A stretch of DNA of 64,000 nucleotides from positions 1,355,509 through 1,419,508 of the forward strand of contig MU054220.1 of assembly GCA_013239625.1 (NCBI GenBank), written 5' to 3'. Positions 24,325-37,200 of the stretch are shown here, piece after piece. The position numbers and the translations under genes were made by a program. Every line of letters begins with the position of its first letter. Positions within the stretch are counted from its first letter, which is position 1. The DNA comes from Lama guanicoe. Its lineage: Eukaryota. The notes beneath the pieces were generated by a model. It was not told where the DNA came from. It made no database searches and was given only the letters and a program-made list of their open reading frames with translations.

Positions 24325-25260
24325 CCATTCATTTGTTCATTCAGTAACCATGTATTACATCCCTACTGCGTGCCAGGCACTCGCAGCTCTGAGTGCTGCT
24401 GTGATGACAAGACGAGTTCCAGTCCCCAAGAAGAATACATCCTAGAGGGGAAAGTTGGACGATAAACAAGCAAAGGAGTTAACACGACTATTTCAGATAA
24501 TAACAAGGATAACCTGGCTACTGTGCTACGGTAACAAAAGCACATACAGTAGCACCAAAAAAGCAATGATGGAAAGGCAGAGGGAATACTTAGACCCTGT
24601 GTCAGGAAGGCCTGTCTGTGGGGCCACATTTAGGACAGGCCTGAGTGAGAAGAAGGGGGCAGCCAGGCAGAGACCTGAGAAGAGTGTTCCAGGCCAAAGG
24701 GAGAGCAAGTGCAAAGGCTCTAAGGTGGCAACAGGCTTGACACGTGCTGGGGGTGGACCGAAGGCCAGGATGGCCGAAGTGATGCAGGCAAGGGAGAGGC
24801 TGGTGGGAGATGAGGTCCGGAAGGGAGGCAGGGACCAGCTCAAGCAGAGCCTGGTGAGGAGCTTGGATTTTCTTCCAAAGAGCATGGGAAGCCGCTAGAA
24901 GACGTCCATAGGGGAGTGACATGATTAACACAGGTTTTAAAAGATAACTCTGGTTGGAGTCTGGAGAGTGCAAGAAAAGAAGCAAGGGGACCAGTTCAGA
25001 GGCTTTTTCTTTTAACCTTTTAGTGTTTTTTGTTTTTCTCTTTTGTGGGGGAGGTAATTAGGTTTATTTATTTAATGGAAATATTGGGGATTGAACCCAG
25101 GACCTTGCCCATGCTAGGAATGTGCTCTACCACTGAGCTATACCTTCCCCCTTCAGAGGCTTTTGAAGAGTAAAGGTGAGGAGTGAGGGGGTTGGCAGAG
25201 CAGATGGAGAGAATCGGAGGGATCACTGATGTCTCTGGAAGCAGAGCAAACATGATCCAT
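24325..25260 (-). mobile_element. L2a/b LINE fragment
   Basis: CATTCATTTGTTCATTCAG..GTGCCAGGCAC; GTTCCAGGCC..GCAAGTGCAAAGGC; explains the overlapping ORFs here. Confidence 0.88.
25008..25151 (-). mobile_element. Camelid-type tRNA-Ala SINE in L2
   Basis: Perfect TSD TTCAGAGGCTTTT 24995-25007 / 25152-25164. Confidence 0.96.
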
Positions 25261-25433
25261 CTATCCATCTAAAGATGGATCCATTAGAGGGGACTTAGGG
25301 TAGCAGAGACAGGAGTCAGGTTTTAGACTCATTGCCTCCCCACAAGACTTACGCTTTCTTTCCCCTATTTTCTCTCCACCTCTACTCTCTATTCTCTGCT
25401 TTCTCTTCACTATGTCTGAACCTGCCCATTTTC

Positions 25434-25535
25434 TTTTTTTTTTTTAATGGAGGTACTGGGGATTGAACCCAGAACCTCATGCATGCGAAGCATGTGCTCT
25501 ACCAGTGAGCTACACCCAACCTCCACCCTCCCTGA
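25434..25535 (-). mobile_element. Camelid-type tRNA-Ala SINE (short form)
   Basis: TSD AACCT(G/A)CCCATTTTC 25419-25433 / 25536-25550. Confidence 0.93.
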
Positions 25536-25769
25536 AACCTACCCATTTTCGCATGCCACTCACACCCCACCATTTCAATGACATCTTCCTTTTCTGCTAT
25601 CTTCACTCCTAGGAATCTTCCTTCACTTGAGCTCTGATTCCTTGTGTATGTGTGTATCACTCAGTAGACGCTGAGATAAATTTCTCTTCTGATGGCTGTG
25701 TTCTGCCTTCCCCTATAAGGTGACTGATTCTTCAAGGGTCAGACAGGTACACCAGCAAACATGCAGGAC

Positions 25770-26110
25770 AGAATGGCATGTTAGCTCTTGAGTGCAGCCA
25801 GAATCTCATTTATTAGTGACATCAGGTAAGTTACTGATTTCTCTGAGCCTCAGCTACATAACTGGGGGGTGGGAGGGAAATGTGGAGGGTGGAGGTGTGA
25901 TTAAATAGGAAATGTATACAAAGTGCTTAGTACAGACAGTGCCTGGCATATAGTAAGCCTTCCATAAATCATAGCTGGGGTTATTATTTGCAAGGCAGTT
26001 GTGCTGCTGGTGGCTATGATTTTAGGCAAGTTTTTTTTCCCCTTTTTGAGTCTCAGTTTGCACATCTGTAAAATGGAACGCAGATGGAATTCAGCTCTAA
26101 GATTCTCAGT
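25770..26110 (+). mobile_element. MIR and MIR3 fragments
   Basis: CTCTGAGCCTCAG; GTGCCTGGCATATAGTAAG; CATCTGTAAAATGG. Confidence 0.75.
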
Positions 26111-26439
26111 GCCTCTGTTCTATTTGTTAACACTTTAGAATCCACTATAAGTAATGTCGCCCCAAACCCATGTGATGTGATTTAGTCTTCATAATGTTGC
26201 ACCGCCCTCTATTGGAGGTACTCTGCCAGCATACTTGTTGGATCCTTAAATCAGCAGATCCTTGAACAGAAGCCCAGACCTCCCTCACCTGTATTCTGAG
26301 ACCTCTCTCTTCTTAAGTAAAACCTCTCTCCATATAGCTATGGATTATTTTTTAAAGAAAAAAAAGATTTATTTTGCATTTTAAAGTTCTGTCCCTACTT
26401 TACCCCATCTTTAGGACTTTGTAAAGGTTTAGGTTTTTT

Positions 26440-26980
26440 TTTTAAACTGTTTAATATAATTTCAGACTTACAAAAGTTTGCAAGAATAACACAAGAATTG
26501 TACTGTATCCTCACCCCAGATATTTACAATTTACTGCATCTGTTTTATCATTTTCTCTCTCTCTACACACATGGACGTACACACATACGTGCACACGTAC
26601 ATACACACACATGTCATACATGTTTTTGAATCATTAGAAAGTAGACTACAGACATGAGCCCTTTTTATCCCTAAATACTTTATTGATGGTGATGTGATAT
26701 ACAAAATCTTCAAACTTTATTCAGATTTGTCAAATTGTCTCAACAGTCTCTTTATAGCAGAACAAAATCCCACATCCCATTTTACATTTGGTTGGCCTGC
26801 CTTTACTTTCTTTTACTCTGGAATAGTTTCAAATTTTTTCTTTGCTTTTCAAGATATTGACATTTTTGAAGAACACAGGCCAGGTTATCTTGTAGACTAT
26901 GCCTCTCTTTGGTTTTGTCAGATATTTCCCAATGATTACATTCAGCTTATGCATTTTGGGTAATAATACCACAAAAGTTC
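26440..26980 (-). mobile_element. L1MB/MC-type 3' end
   Basis: TAATTTCAGACTTACAAAAGTTTGCAAG; TTTTTGAATCATTAGAAAGTAG; CCCTAAATACTT. Confidence 0.7.
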
Positions 26981-27089
26981 AGGGGGTTTTTGGGGTTTTT
27001 TTAAAGTATGTGTTTAGGAAGGATATGCAATAATGATATACAGTACAGATTATTATAATTCTCTATTTATTTGTTTATTTACATAAATA

Positions 27090-27235
27090 AACATTTGGGC
27101 TTTTTTGAAAAATACTGATGCCCCACCCCATTCCTAGAAATTTTTATTAAATTGGGATGTCGCTGGAATACTAGTATCGTTTTCAAAGCTCTCCAGGTGC
27201 TTTTAATGGGCAATCAGGATTGAGAGTCATTGATT
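27090..27235. mobile_element. MER5-like fragment
   Basis: AAAATACTGATGCC...AAAGCTCTCCAGGTG...GATTGAGAGTCATTG. Confidence 0.6.
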
Positions 27236-27746
27236 TCTACTCTGCTAATTCCATAAAGAATATTAGACAAATTACAGAGACTCATAAAAATACAGTAAGA
27301 TAAGATAAATTGCAAGAAGGGGAGGGACACTCGACAGGAGAAGGGCACACGGACACACATGAGGTCTCACAGGCTTGCTGCCAGTGGGTTATACCTTTGT
27401 TCTAACAAACAATATGAAGATAATGAAATAATGTCAAAGACAGAGGCCATTTTAAAATGATATATACAAGGTAAAACTACACCGTGTCTACAAAAAAGAT
27501 GAGCAGAAATAAACTAAAGGAAGGGTCAGTTGTTGCATTTGAATGGTGACACTATGAGCTGATCTTTATTTTTTCCCACATTTTTATTTTCAAAACTTCC
27601 TTTAAAGAGTCTGAGGTCTTTTTAATAATTAAAATATTTTCAAAATATCAGTGTAGTTTTTAAAAATTTCATCTGCACAGCACTTAATTTGTAAAGCTCA
27701 CATTATCTCATAATAGTAATATATAATAAATAAATAAGTAGTGATT

Positions 27747-27945
27747 TAGATACAAACTACTATATATAGAATAGATGAACAATAAGGTCCTACTATATAG
27801 CCCAGGGAACTATATTCAATAACTTGTAATAACCTATAATGAAAAAATATATGAAAAAGAATATATATATAAAACTGAATCACTATGCTGTATACCAGAA
27901 ACTAACACATTGTAAATCAGCTATACTTCAATAAAAAAAAAAGAT
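27747..27945 (+). mobile_element. Young L1 3' terminal fragment
   Basis: AGATACAAACTACTATATATA...CTATACTTCAATAAAAAAAAA. Confidence 0.9.
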
Positions 27946-27949
27946 AATA

Positions 27950-28190
27950 AAATATTATTATTAAATGCTTACTATGTGTCAAGTACTATACTATAAGCTT
28001 CATATAGATTCTCTTTTAATCCTTACAGTTACTATTTGAGGTAGGTACTGTTAGTAACCCCATTTTATAAGATGAAGAAACAGACCCAGAAAGGTTAAAC
28101 CACTTGTCCAAGCTCAAAAAGCTTCTAAGTGTCAGAGCAAGGATTTTTCTCTACAGCTTTAACATTCAACCACTAAGTACACTATTATCT
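27950..28190 (-). mobile_element. MIR SINE
   Basis: TGCTTACTATGTG...CCCATTTTATAAGATGAAGAAAC. Confidence 0.8.
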
Positions 28191-28425
28191 AATCGCTAGG
28201 AAAAACAGATACTTTTATGCAAACTCCACTAAATTTAGCTATTTTGCATGCTGTTTTGTTAAAGGTTACTTTCCCTATCAGATGAATGTTTAATATGTAG
28301 AATACCTTGATATGCTTTGGTTAGTAGCTTTCAAAATGAGATGAAAACTCTTGCTTTACTTTAGTTAGTAGCTTTTCACCAACATTCATTTTTCTAAAAA
28401 GCAAAGTCACAAAATAAATTGTGAT

Positions 28426-28551
28426 TGGGGAGGGTATAACTCAGTGGTAGAGTGTGTGCCTAGCATGTACAAGGTCCTGGGTTCAATCCCCTGTACCACC
28501 ACTGAAAATAAATAGATAAATTACCTACCTCCCTCAAAAACAAAACAAACA
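28426..28551 (+). mobile_element. Camelid-type tRNA-Ala SINE
   Basis: 17-bp TSD ACAAAATAAATTGTGAT 28409-28425 / 28552-28568. Confidence 0.96.
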
Positions 28552-28916
28552 ACAAAATAAATTGTGATAGCTAGGCAATTTTCAGTCATTTAATTTATAC
28601 CTAGGATTTAAAACATGATACAATATTTTAAAATATTTCTAGAACGGAGTCATTCTTCATTCAAAAGGAACTTACAGAATGTCTCTTTTCTCCCATGCAT
28701 CAAGACCAAAAAGTTTTACTGAGATCTGTCTAAAAGGCTTAAGGGTTGAAAAATAAAATATAAAAGTCTGGTTTGGTTTAATGTAGTTGAGTTTTAACTG
28801 CTTTTGTTTTTAAGAAAAAAATTGGAAAAATATGTGGGTCAGCCACTGTGGATTATAGACCAAGCAGAGGTCAGGAGTCCCAGGTTTTGGTTGTCATCTA
28901 CCGTCTCTGGGTTTTT

Positions 28917-29613
28917 TGCTTGTTTGTTTGTTTGTTTGTTTTTATTGAAGTTTAGTCAGTTACAATGTGTCAATTTCTGATGTACAGCATAATATTTCAG
29001 TCATACATATACATACATATAATGGTTCTCACATTCTTTTTCATTATAGATTACTACAAGATATTGAATACAGTTCCCTGTGCTATACACAAGAATTTGT
29101 TTTTTATCTATTTTATATATAGTAGTTAGTATTTGCACATCTTGAACTCCCAGTTTATCCCTTCTTGCCCCCTTTCTCCCTGTAACTATAAGTTTGTTTA
29201 CTATGTCTGAATCTGTTTTGTAGATAAGCTCATTAGTGTCTTCTTTTTTCTTTTCTTCTCTTTTCTTTTTTAGATTCCACATATGAGTGATATCATATGA
29301 TATTTTTCTTTCTCTTTTTGGCTTACTTCATTTAGAGTGACGATCTCCAGATCAATCTATGTTGCTGCAAATGGCATTATTTTATTCCCTTTAATGGCTG
29401 AGTAGTATTCGGTTGTATAAATATACCACAGCTTCTTTATCTAGTCATCTGTCGATGGACATTTAGAGTTGTCTCCATGTCTTGGCTGTTGTATATAGTG
29501 CTGCTGTGAACATTGTGGTGCATGTAGGTTTTTGAATTTGAATTCCCTCTGGATATATGACCAGGAGTGGGATTGCTGGATTATATGGTAAGTCTATTTT
29601 TAGTTTTTTGCCC
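28917..29613 (-). mobile_element. Young L1 3' end inside a MIR3 remnant
   Basis: TSD TCTCTGGGTTTTT 28904-28916 / 29614-29626; (TTTG)n tail. Confidence 0.95.
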
Positions 29614-30128
29614 TCTCTGGGTTTTTATGTCCTTATTTATAAAGTGACGGGATTGGACCAGACAATCTCTAAGGAACTTCCCAGCTCAAAAGCTCATGAT
29701 TTTACAACTAGATTGTCCTAACATTGTTCTGTATTACCTGAACCTAATGCACAACCAAAGTGGCAGCCTTCTCCTAGTCCTGAGATGGCACCAGGGCATT
29801 GTTGGACAACAGAAGAGACATGAATCAAGGCAGTTTTCTCCCTCTCAACCTTTCATCCACTGAGGTTGCCTTCAGCTCTAGCCAGAGAATGGAGGCCCCA
29901 GAAAGAAAAGAGAAAAACAGGAAAGGAAGCAGAATAACTGGATTTGAAGAAGAAGAAGAAGACAATGGAGGAGTAGAAAGAAAGTGAAGAGAAAAGATGT
30001 TCCTTTTTGTTAAGGATTTTCATATATGTAAACTCCCCAAATCAAAGTCTATACAATACATTCTTATATTCCAAATCAGATACCGTAAATTTAAATCTGT
30101 AAAGAACCCTTTTAAAGTACTGAATTTA

Positions 30129-31198
30129 AGACATTTCTCCAAAGAAGACATCCAGATGGCCAACAGGCACATGAAAAGATGCTCAGTATTGCTAATTATT
30201 AGAGAAATGTAAGTCAAAACTACAATGAGGTATCACCTCACACTGGTCAGAATGGCCATGATTAAAAAGTCTACAAATAACAAATGTTGGAGAGTGTGTA
30301 AAGAAAAAGGAACCCTCCTACACTGTTGGTGGGAATGTAATTGGTGCAGCCACTATGGAGGACAGTATGTAGGTTCATTAAAAAACTAAAAGTAGACTTA
30401 CCATATGATCTAGCAATCCTACTCCCGGGCATATAACCAGATAAAACTATAATTCAAAAATACACATGCACCCCAATGTTCACAGCAGCACAATTTACAA
30501 TAGCCAAGACATAGAGACAACCCAAATGTCCATTGACAAATGATTAGATAAAGAAGATGTACTATACAGGGAACTATATTCAATATGTGTAACAACCTCT
30601 AATGAAAAAGAATATGAAAACAAATATATGTATGCATATGCATGATGGAACATTGTGCTGCACACCAGAAATGGACACGTGTTAACTGACTGTACCTCAA
30701 TTTAAAAAAAGACGTGCTGTGTATATACAATGGAATACTACTCAGCCATAAAAAGAATGAAATAATATCATTTGCAGCAACATGGATGGACTTAAGAGAT
30801 GATCAAACTAAATGAAGTAAGTCAGGTAGAAAAAGACGAATATCATATGGTATCATTTATACGTAGAATCTAAAAAAACCAATTTTATTTACAAACCAAA
30901 AACAGACTCACGGACGTAGAAAACCAACTATGGTTACCAAAGGGGAAAGGGTGGGGGAAGGATAAATTAGGAATCTGAGATTAACAGATACACATTATAT
31001 TATCCAAATAGATAAACAACAAGAACCTACTGTATAACATGGGGAAATATATTCAGTTTCTTATAATAACATATAATGGAAAAAATCTGAAATGTATAGA
31101 GGTATGTATATGTATAACTGAATCTCTTTGTACACTTGAAACTAACATTGTAAATTAACTACACTTCAGTAAAAAATAAAATTAAAAAACTTTTTAAA
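30129..31198 (+). mobile_element. L1, 5'-truncated (ORF2 C-term + 3' UTR)
   Basis: [19 protein letters not shown] peptide; TSD AAAGTAC(T/G)G(A/C)ATTTA 30114-30128 / 31199-31213. Confidence 0.95.
30566..30705 (+). mobile_element. Short L1 3' end nested inside the preceding L1
   Basis: ACAGGGAACTATATTCAATAT...GTACCTCAATTTAAAAAAA between AAGAAGATGTACTAT and AAAAAGACGTGCTGT. Confidence 0.85.
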
Positions 31199-31229
31199 AA
31201 AGTACGGCATTTATTTAAAATTCTCCCAT

Positions 31230-31410
31230 TTTCATATCACTTATATGTGGAATCCAATATGAACATTCTTAATGAGATAGTTTATGTTCTCTTTCCATAC
31301 AAAGACTTCAGTGTTCAGGGTGTATTTGACACCTCCACCTACAGCACATCTCCACTTGGACCAGCCACGTTTCAAGTGGTGCGTGGCTACAGCCATACAG
31401 CCAGCTCTGC
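31230..31410. mobile_element. MER3/MER33-like DNA transposon fragment
   Basis: CAGCACATCTCCACTTGGACCAGCCACGTTTCAAGTG. Confidence 0.75.
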
Positions 31411-31699
31411 CATCTCTGGAGGAAAAGGTATGGGGACCATTGTGCCGAAGCAAGAGCTTTGGGCCTCTGATCAAAAGGGCTGGTAAAAAAGCTCGAATCA
31501 GCAGAAGTTCCAGATGCAGCCAAGCCTCCTTCTCTCTTCTTCCCTCAGCACCCGCCCTCAGCCACTTTAGGCTCTGGAATCCCCCTTGGATACTGCAGGT
31601 TCCTGCTCCTTCCAGGCCGCTTCCACTCGGAGGCATATCCCTCTGTGACACTTTTGTGACCCACCAGGGACATAGACTCTCTGCCATGGGGAGTGTCCA

Positions 31700-33400
31700 A
31701 GGTCAGCCTCCTCCACCACGGACAGGAGCGCGGGAGAAACGACCCTCTCTCCCAGCAGCCCTGGGAACGGAATGCACGCGGGGATCCTCTTCCCCAGGGA
31801 GTGGAACTGAGCGCCCAGCCCAAGCAGCGGCGGAAGGGAGGGGGAAACAGTCCCTCCAGCTGGAATTTCTGTTCATGCTTCTTTCCAGAAAAAAAAAAAA
31901 TCCTGGAGCAATTTTGGCTTCCCTCTCTTACAAGTCAGGAGAGTTGACCGGTTCCCAGGGTGAAGCTGTCTGGACTTCAGCCCCCCTTCTCATAAAGCTC
32001 TTTCCCAAAGCCTCTGCCATATGGTCCTGTTTTGCATCCATCGTTTGCTCCAGTTTGAGTCTGGGCTGCCCCGTCCCTGGGACTCTCACTTGTTGACTGT
32101 GTTTTTATCACCCTCCCCTCAACCCCACATGCTTTATTTTTGACTTTTCCTCCACCCCATCAGGCTTGGCTGTGGTTTTTTTGATCATTTCCCCTTTCTT
32201 TAATCATTCTGGTGAATTTGGACCCAAAATAGAAAACAAGAGTGCTGACTTGGATGGGAAATAGATCCACTAGAACAACGTCAAGGAGCAACCGTGTGCT
32301 AATCAGTCTCCTAAACATCACCAGCTCACCACGCGTGGACATAGCGTCACCTCACAAATCAGGGGCGGCCCTTTCGCTCCTCCGACAGCACGTGTGTGTT
32401 AAGGTTCTACTAGGGACAGGGCTTTGGGGGAGACAGAATTGGGTTCAGTTGTCAAGGCTTCTGCCCCAAGGGACCTTGTAGGGGATAAAGACAATGCCTA
32501 CCTTGACCCTGAAGCTTTCAACTAGGCTGCAAGGAGGGAGGGGTTTCGTGGAGGAGGGAGGAGGGGCACTTGAACTAGGACTTGAAGGATGGGAAGGATT
32601 TTAAAAGGCAGAAACAATAAGGAACTGCCTACTGCCTTAGGAAGAAAGGAAATGGAGAGGCAGGGAGTGGGAGAGACACATCCATTTGGCGAAGCATCTG
32701 GCTTTTGCCTGATTGGTCGCTGCTGTTGCTGGGCGATGGCTCACAGTTTTTAACACTATCCCTGAATAGAAGGGACATGTCAACTTCCGTGCCCAGGACT
32801 GCTGTCCAGGCTTCCTACACTAGGGCTTTCTGGCTCTGAGAGCAACCAAATGAGACGGATGAGGGAGGAAAGCCTGAAGAACAGAGGGATGTTCTGGAAT
32901 CCTCGCAGCCGAGCTGCTACCACCACGGGCACTTCCATGAGACAGTTTCTGCAGCCTGCGGGCCACTTAGATGAGATGAAAACCTTGAGTTCAGGTGGCT
33001 TGAATTACTGAGGCCGGGGCCTCCCCGGAACTGTCCCGAGGCCGCTGCCCCATGGTCTTTCCTCTTCAGTGTGAGGGGCAATCCTCTTTGGAGTGGAGAG
33101 TTGAAGATTATTTTCTCTTTTGCAAAAACAGAATTACAGAGTGAGAGAAAAAAGAGAAAAAAGAAAAAAGAAAGTCCCATCTCTCCACCCCAACAAAGTA
33201 ATAGGGCTTTAGGGAACCAGTTGATGAGGGGAAGCCTGAAAGGGCTTCACAAATCACACAAACGCAGTGCCGGGTTTATTTTTCCCTCTTCTGGAAGCAT
33301 CCCCCAAGCACAGCTCAGGTTTCCAAGAGAGGTCATCCCTGGTCCCCGTTTCAGTGGCAGCCTGCACACGCTCCATCACATCACCTGGGTTTGACTTTTT
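31700..33400. promoter_or_regulatory. Repeat-poor, CpG-retaining candidate regulatory region
   Basis: More CpGs than flanks by eye; GC box, CACGTG, CCACGCGTGG, CTGATTGG motifs. Confidence 0.35.
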
Positions 33401-33739
33401 TTCTTTTCCACAGCATGGATCACTGTCTGAAATTCTCTTGTTCATTCATTTGGGGTCTAGATGGTCACTGGTCTCTTACCCCAGTCCCCAACCAGACTAT
33501 CCCCAGAAGAGCAGGGTCTGTCACAGCACCGAGGTATCCCCAGTGTTTTACAACAGTGTTAGCATGAAGTGGGCACTAGATAAATATTTGCGGAAATCCA
33601 GAGGGCTGAATAGTGGTATCCAACAAACTTATAAATGCACATGTTCTCAACTCAGAGTGACTGAAAATGAGGTCAGGAGGGTGAATCTGATTTCGTTTCC
33701 TTAAAGGAACCAAGAGGAGCTCTGAACCTCAGTCATCAA

Positions 33740-34150
33740 AGTAATTCATTACACCATTGTTTGTAATAACAAAAAACTGAAAGAATCTAAATGTCCACTT
33801 GGTTCTACAATGAGGATACCACGCATACCTACGAAAGAACAAGGAAGCTCTTTGTGACCTAATATAGAAAGATTTCCTGGATCTAATCTTAAGTGAAAAA
33901 CCAAAGTTCAGGACCTTGTTAAAGAATGCTATTAATGGTGGGGGAAAAAAAAAAGGAGTGATATATTCATGTTTGCTTATTTATGCCAGCAGTATTTCTA
34001 CCAGGGTACAAAAAAAACTAGTTACAACGACAGCCTGTAAGGAGTCCTGGATTACTTGGGAGCAGGGAAGATTTTTCACCATAAACCTTTTTGTAACTTT
34101 TGAGTTTGGAGCCATTAGAATGTATTACCTGTTCAAAAACAAAGCCAATT
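33740..34150 (+). mobile_element. L1ME-type 3' fragment
   Basis: CATTGTTTGTAATAACAAAAAACTG..AATCTAAATGTCCA..TTAAGTGAAAAA. Confidence 0.65.
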
Positions 34151-34548
34151 AAATTCACAACTATATTTATTCGAAATATAAACTGATTGAATACGTTGAT
34201 GAATGTGGTTTCTCTTGGTGGCTTTCAGGAAATGCCAGCCAGGGTCCCTCCTGTTTTCATTTTACAGGCACACCCCCGGGCCCACCCTCACCCTTCCTCT
34301 CCCCACCTCTCCCCTTCACTCAAATAAGGCCAGATTCCTGAAGGCTGGGTCCCTGCAGGAGGTGGCTCACTGACTCACTGGAGGTGTGTGAAGGACAGGT
34401 AAACAATGGCGTGTGATGGCAACAGACATTCCCTCCATGCCTGTGTGTTCATGTAAGCAGAAGAAGAGAACGTCATCATGTTTTCCTGCTATGGAGTTTT
34501 ACCAAAACAACCCTCCTGCTTCCTTAAACTACTTGATGGAAGAAAATA

Positions 34549-34735
34549 GGAGGAAGGGTAGAGCTCAGTGGAAGAGCAACTGCTTAGCATGCATGAGGTC
34601 TTCGGTTCAATCCCCCTGACCTCCATTTAAAAAAATAAATAAACCTAATTACTGCCTCCCAAAAAAAGTCTAAAAGAAAAAAAATTTAATTAAAAAATAA
34701 ATAAACTATTTTAAAAAGAAAGGAAGGAAGGAAAG
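34549..34735 (+). mobile_element. Camelid-type tRNA-Ala SINE
   Basis: AGCTCAGTGG...GCTTAGCATGCATGAGGTC...AACCTAATTAC. Confidence 0.92.
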
Positions 34736-34992
34736 AAACTTGGCTCTGCTCTCAGTCAACTGGCTTGACATGAAATCATGGAGTCTGGGGGAAATTTGGG
34801 GTAAAGAAGGGGCAGCTGCCTCTTGTGAGCCTGGTACATCCTGGCTGCTGAGATAGAGAGTCCTGTCTGGAATCAGTATCATTCTTGAGCTGATGGGAAA
34901 AAGAGTCTCTTGGAAGCCATGGTATCCAGAAATAACAGGGCCAGCTCAGAGAATCCAAACTCACCTCCTGGCCTGCATCTGGAGGCAGCAAG

Positions 34993-35171
34993 CAGGGTTG
35001 GCTTCATGGGTTTGCAACCGAGGCAACTTAGAGGGAGCCCTGCACTTGGTATAATGTCCTGCTGTAACCATCCTCAAATTCTTTCTTCCTTTTTTTTTTA
35101 ATTGAAGTATAGTTGACTTACAATTTTGTGTTAGTTTCTGGTGCACAGCATAGCAATTCAGTTATATATAT

Positions 35172-35216
<45 letters not shown>

Positions 35217-35497
35217 TACATATATATATATTCTTTTTCATATTCCTTATCATTACAGGTTATGAGAAGATACTGAACATAGTTCCCTGTGCTAACCAGT
35301 AGGACCTTATTGTTTATCTACTTTATATATAGTAGTCAGTATCTGTAAATCTCTAACTCCTAATTTATCCCTCGTCCCCTTTTCCCCCTAGTAACCATAA
35401 GTTTGTTTTCTACCATCTTGAAACTCAATAATTTTTTAACAAGCAGCCCACGTTTTCATTTTGTCCTGGACCCGGCAAATTATGCAGTCAGTCCTGC
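34993..35497 (+). mobile_element. MER45A-like DNA transposon split by an L1
   Basis: CAGGGTTGGCTTCATGGG start; TTTTCATTTTG..GCAAATTATGCAGTCAGTCCTG end. Confidence 0.8.
35082..35411 (-). mobile_element. Young L1 3' end with (TA)n/(CA)n
   Basis: TTGAAGTATAGTTGACTTACAAT; TSD ACCATCCTCAAATTC / ACCATCTTGAAACTC. Confidence 0.92.
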
Positions 35498-35865
35498 AGG
35501 AGGGGTCACAAAAATCCTTGTCATTTCATGTGTCCTGGTTTATCGTTTGTTGTAGAAAATATCGTGACTGTTCTCATTCACTGGTATAGCTGGGTTTATC
35601 AGATCCTTTTCTGAAAGCTGTTTTAGGAGAGCCTGAGGGTCCAGGTTCTTGCAACAGTGGACATGCAGGAGGGGAAGGGCATGGTTAAGGTCAAGGGACA
35701 GGGTAAACTATTCCACCAACTTGGGTACAGCCAGACACCACCAGCATTTCTTTTTATTCCTGGTTCCCAGGGAGTACCTAGAATTACTGATCCACAGTGT
35801 AGCATATTGGGGGAAAATCTTCTGAAGAAGACAGAGGGACAAGGCCTCTAATTTTTGCACTTGTT

Positions 35866-36550
35866 CTTTCATTCAACAAATATTTATTGAGCAAATAGGT
35901 GCTCAGCATACAATAGGAAGGCATTTTCCTTGCCCTCATGAGTTTACAGCCTAGTGAAGCCAGGCAATAATCAACTAAATGAACACAATGATAAATATGA
36001 ATTGTAGTAAGCACTATGGAGGAGACAGAGAGAATAAGTGGTGGGAAGTGGGAAGGGACAAAGGGACTACTTGGATAGGATCATTAGAGGAGGCCTCTCT
36101 GAAAATATGACCCTGTGGCTGAGACCTGAGGATGAACAGATATCATCTGTGTGTGACGAAAGGAGGAAGGGCGGATGAGGGAGGGGAACAGCCTGAGAAA
36201 GGATATTGGGATTCGCAGGAACTTGGCCTGCTTATGAACTGGACAAAGGCCAGAGAGAGGCAGTTGCAGGTAAGAGATGACAGCATCTCAGACAGAAGTG
36301 GTAGTGGTGGGAATGGGGAGAAAAATCAGTGGAAATGAAATATACTTTAAAAGAAGAAGGAACAGGATTTGATGATGGGTGGGTGGGTGGTGAAAGAGAA
36401 AGATGTCAAGGGTCATGACCTATAGGTATTTTGCATGGGAGACTCTATGGCTGAGAGCGACATTTACAGAATTAGGAGAAAACAGATTTTGGAGGTGGGG
36501 ACCATGATTCAGAAACCCATTCTAAACGTATTAATTTGAGATGACTGTAA
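35866..36550 (-). mobile_element. L2 LINE fragment
   Basis: TTCATTCAACAAATATTTATTGAGC...GGAGGCCTCTCTGA...GCTGAGACCTGA. Confidence 0.8.
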
Positions 36551-36999
36551 GATATCAGAGTGGAGACGGCTAACCCCCTCCCCACTAGACAAGTTAGAGG
36601 GAGGCTTCTGTCCAAAGGCCTGCTCAGAGGGTCAGGATGGTCAGAGGACCAGGGCAGAGCCTGACTTTCTACTCCCTTACTGTCAGCCTCTGGGTCCTGG
36701 ATCCCCACCCTGACACTCCAGGCAAGATTCTCTCTGCAAGATTTGGAATCATCAGTGGCCTCTCCCTCTTACCTCCCCACACCCTCCCAGTTGCCTCCGT
36801 TTACCACTGGATACAGCATGCATGTACAGAATAACAAGGTTTAGGACAAATGCTTTGTAAGTAGCAGACTTGTGCCTTGTGGAAGGGCTCATGCTCATTG
36901 AATGTGGGCACTAATCTTTTCTCAGAGCGCTGAGTCCCTGAACTGCACTGGCCTGGGAGGCAGGAGCCCTGGGTGGATAGGCCCTCCATCTGCACGGCA

Positions 37000-37200
37000 C
37001 TACGGGGGCTAACAAAGCACTTTCACATCCACTGTCTCATTCTCTCAACAACCTTTGAGACCAAGTGGGGATTATCATTAACTTCACTTTATATAAGGAG
37101 GTTCAGAGAGGTTCAGCTAATTTTCCTAGGTCACACAGGTAATAGAGGAGTCAGGAATCAAAACAAGTCTCTCTGATGCCAAGACTGAGACTCTAGCAAG
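37000..37200 (-). mobile_element. MIR SINE
   Basis: AGCACTTTCACATCC..GAGGTTCAGAGAGGTT..GGTCACACAG. Confidence 0.75.

Noticed and set aside
24139..24985. Stack of overlapping 90-150 aa ORFs
   Set aside because: All lie in an L2 fragment
31284..32096. Longest ORF (270 aa)
   Set aside because: Begins inside a MER3-like element, has Ser/Pro/Leu/Arg-rich composition and no recognisable domain; chance ORF in GC-rich DNA
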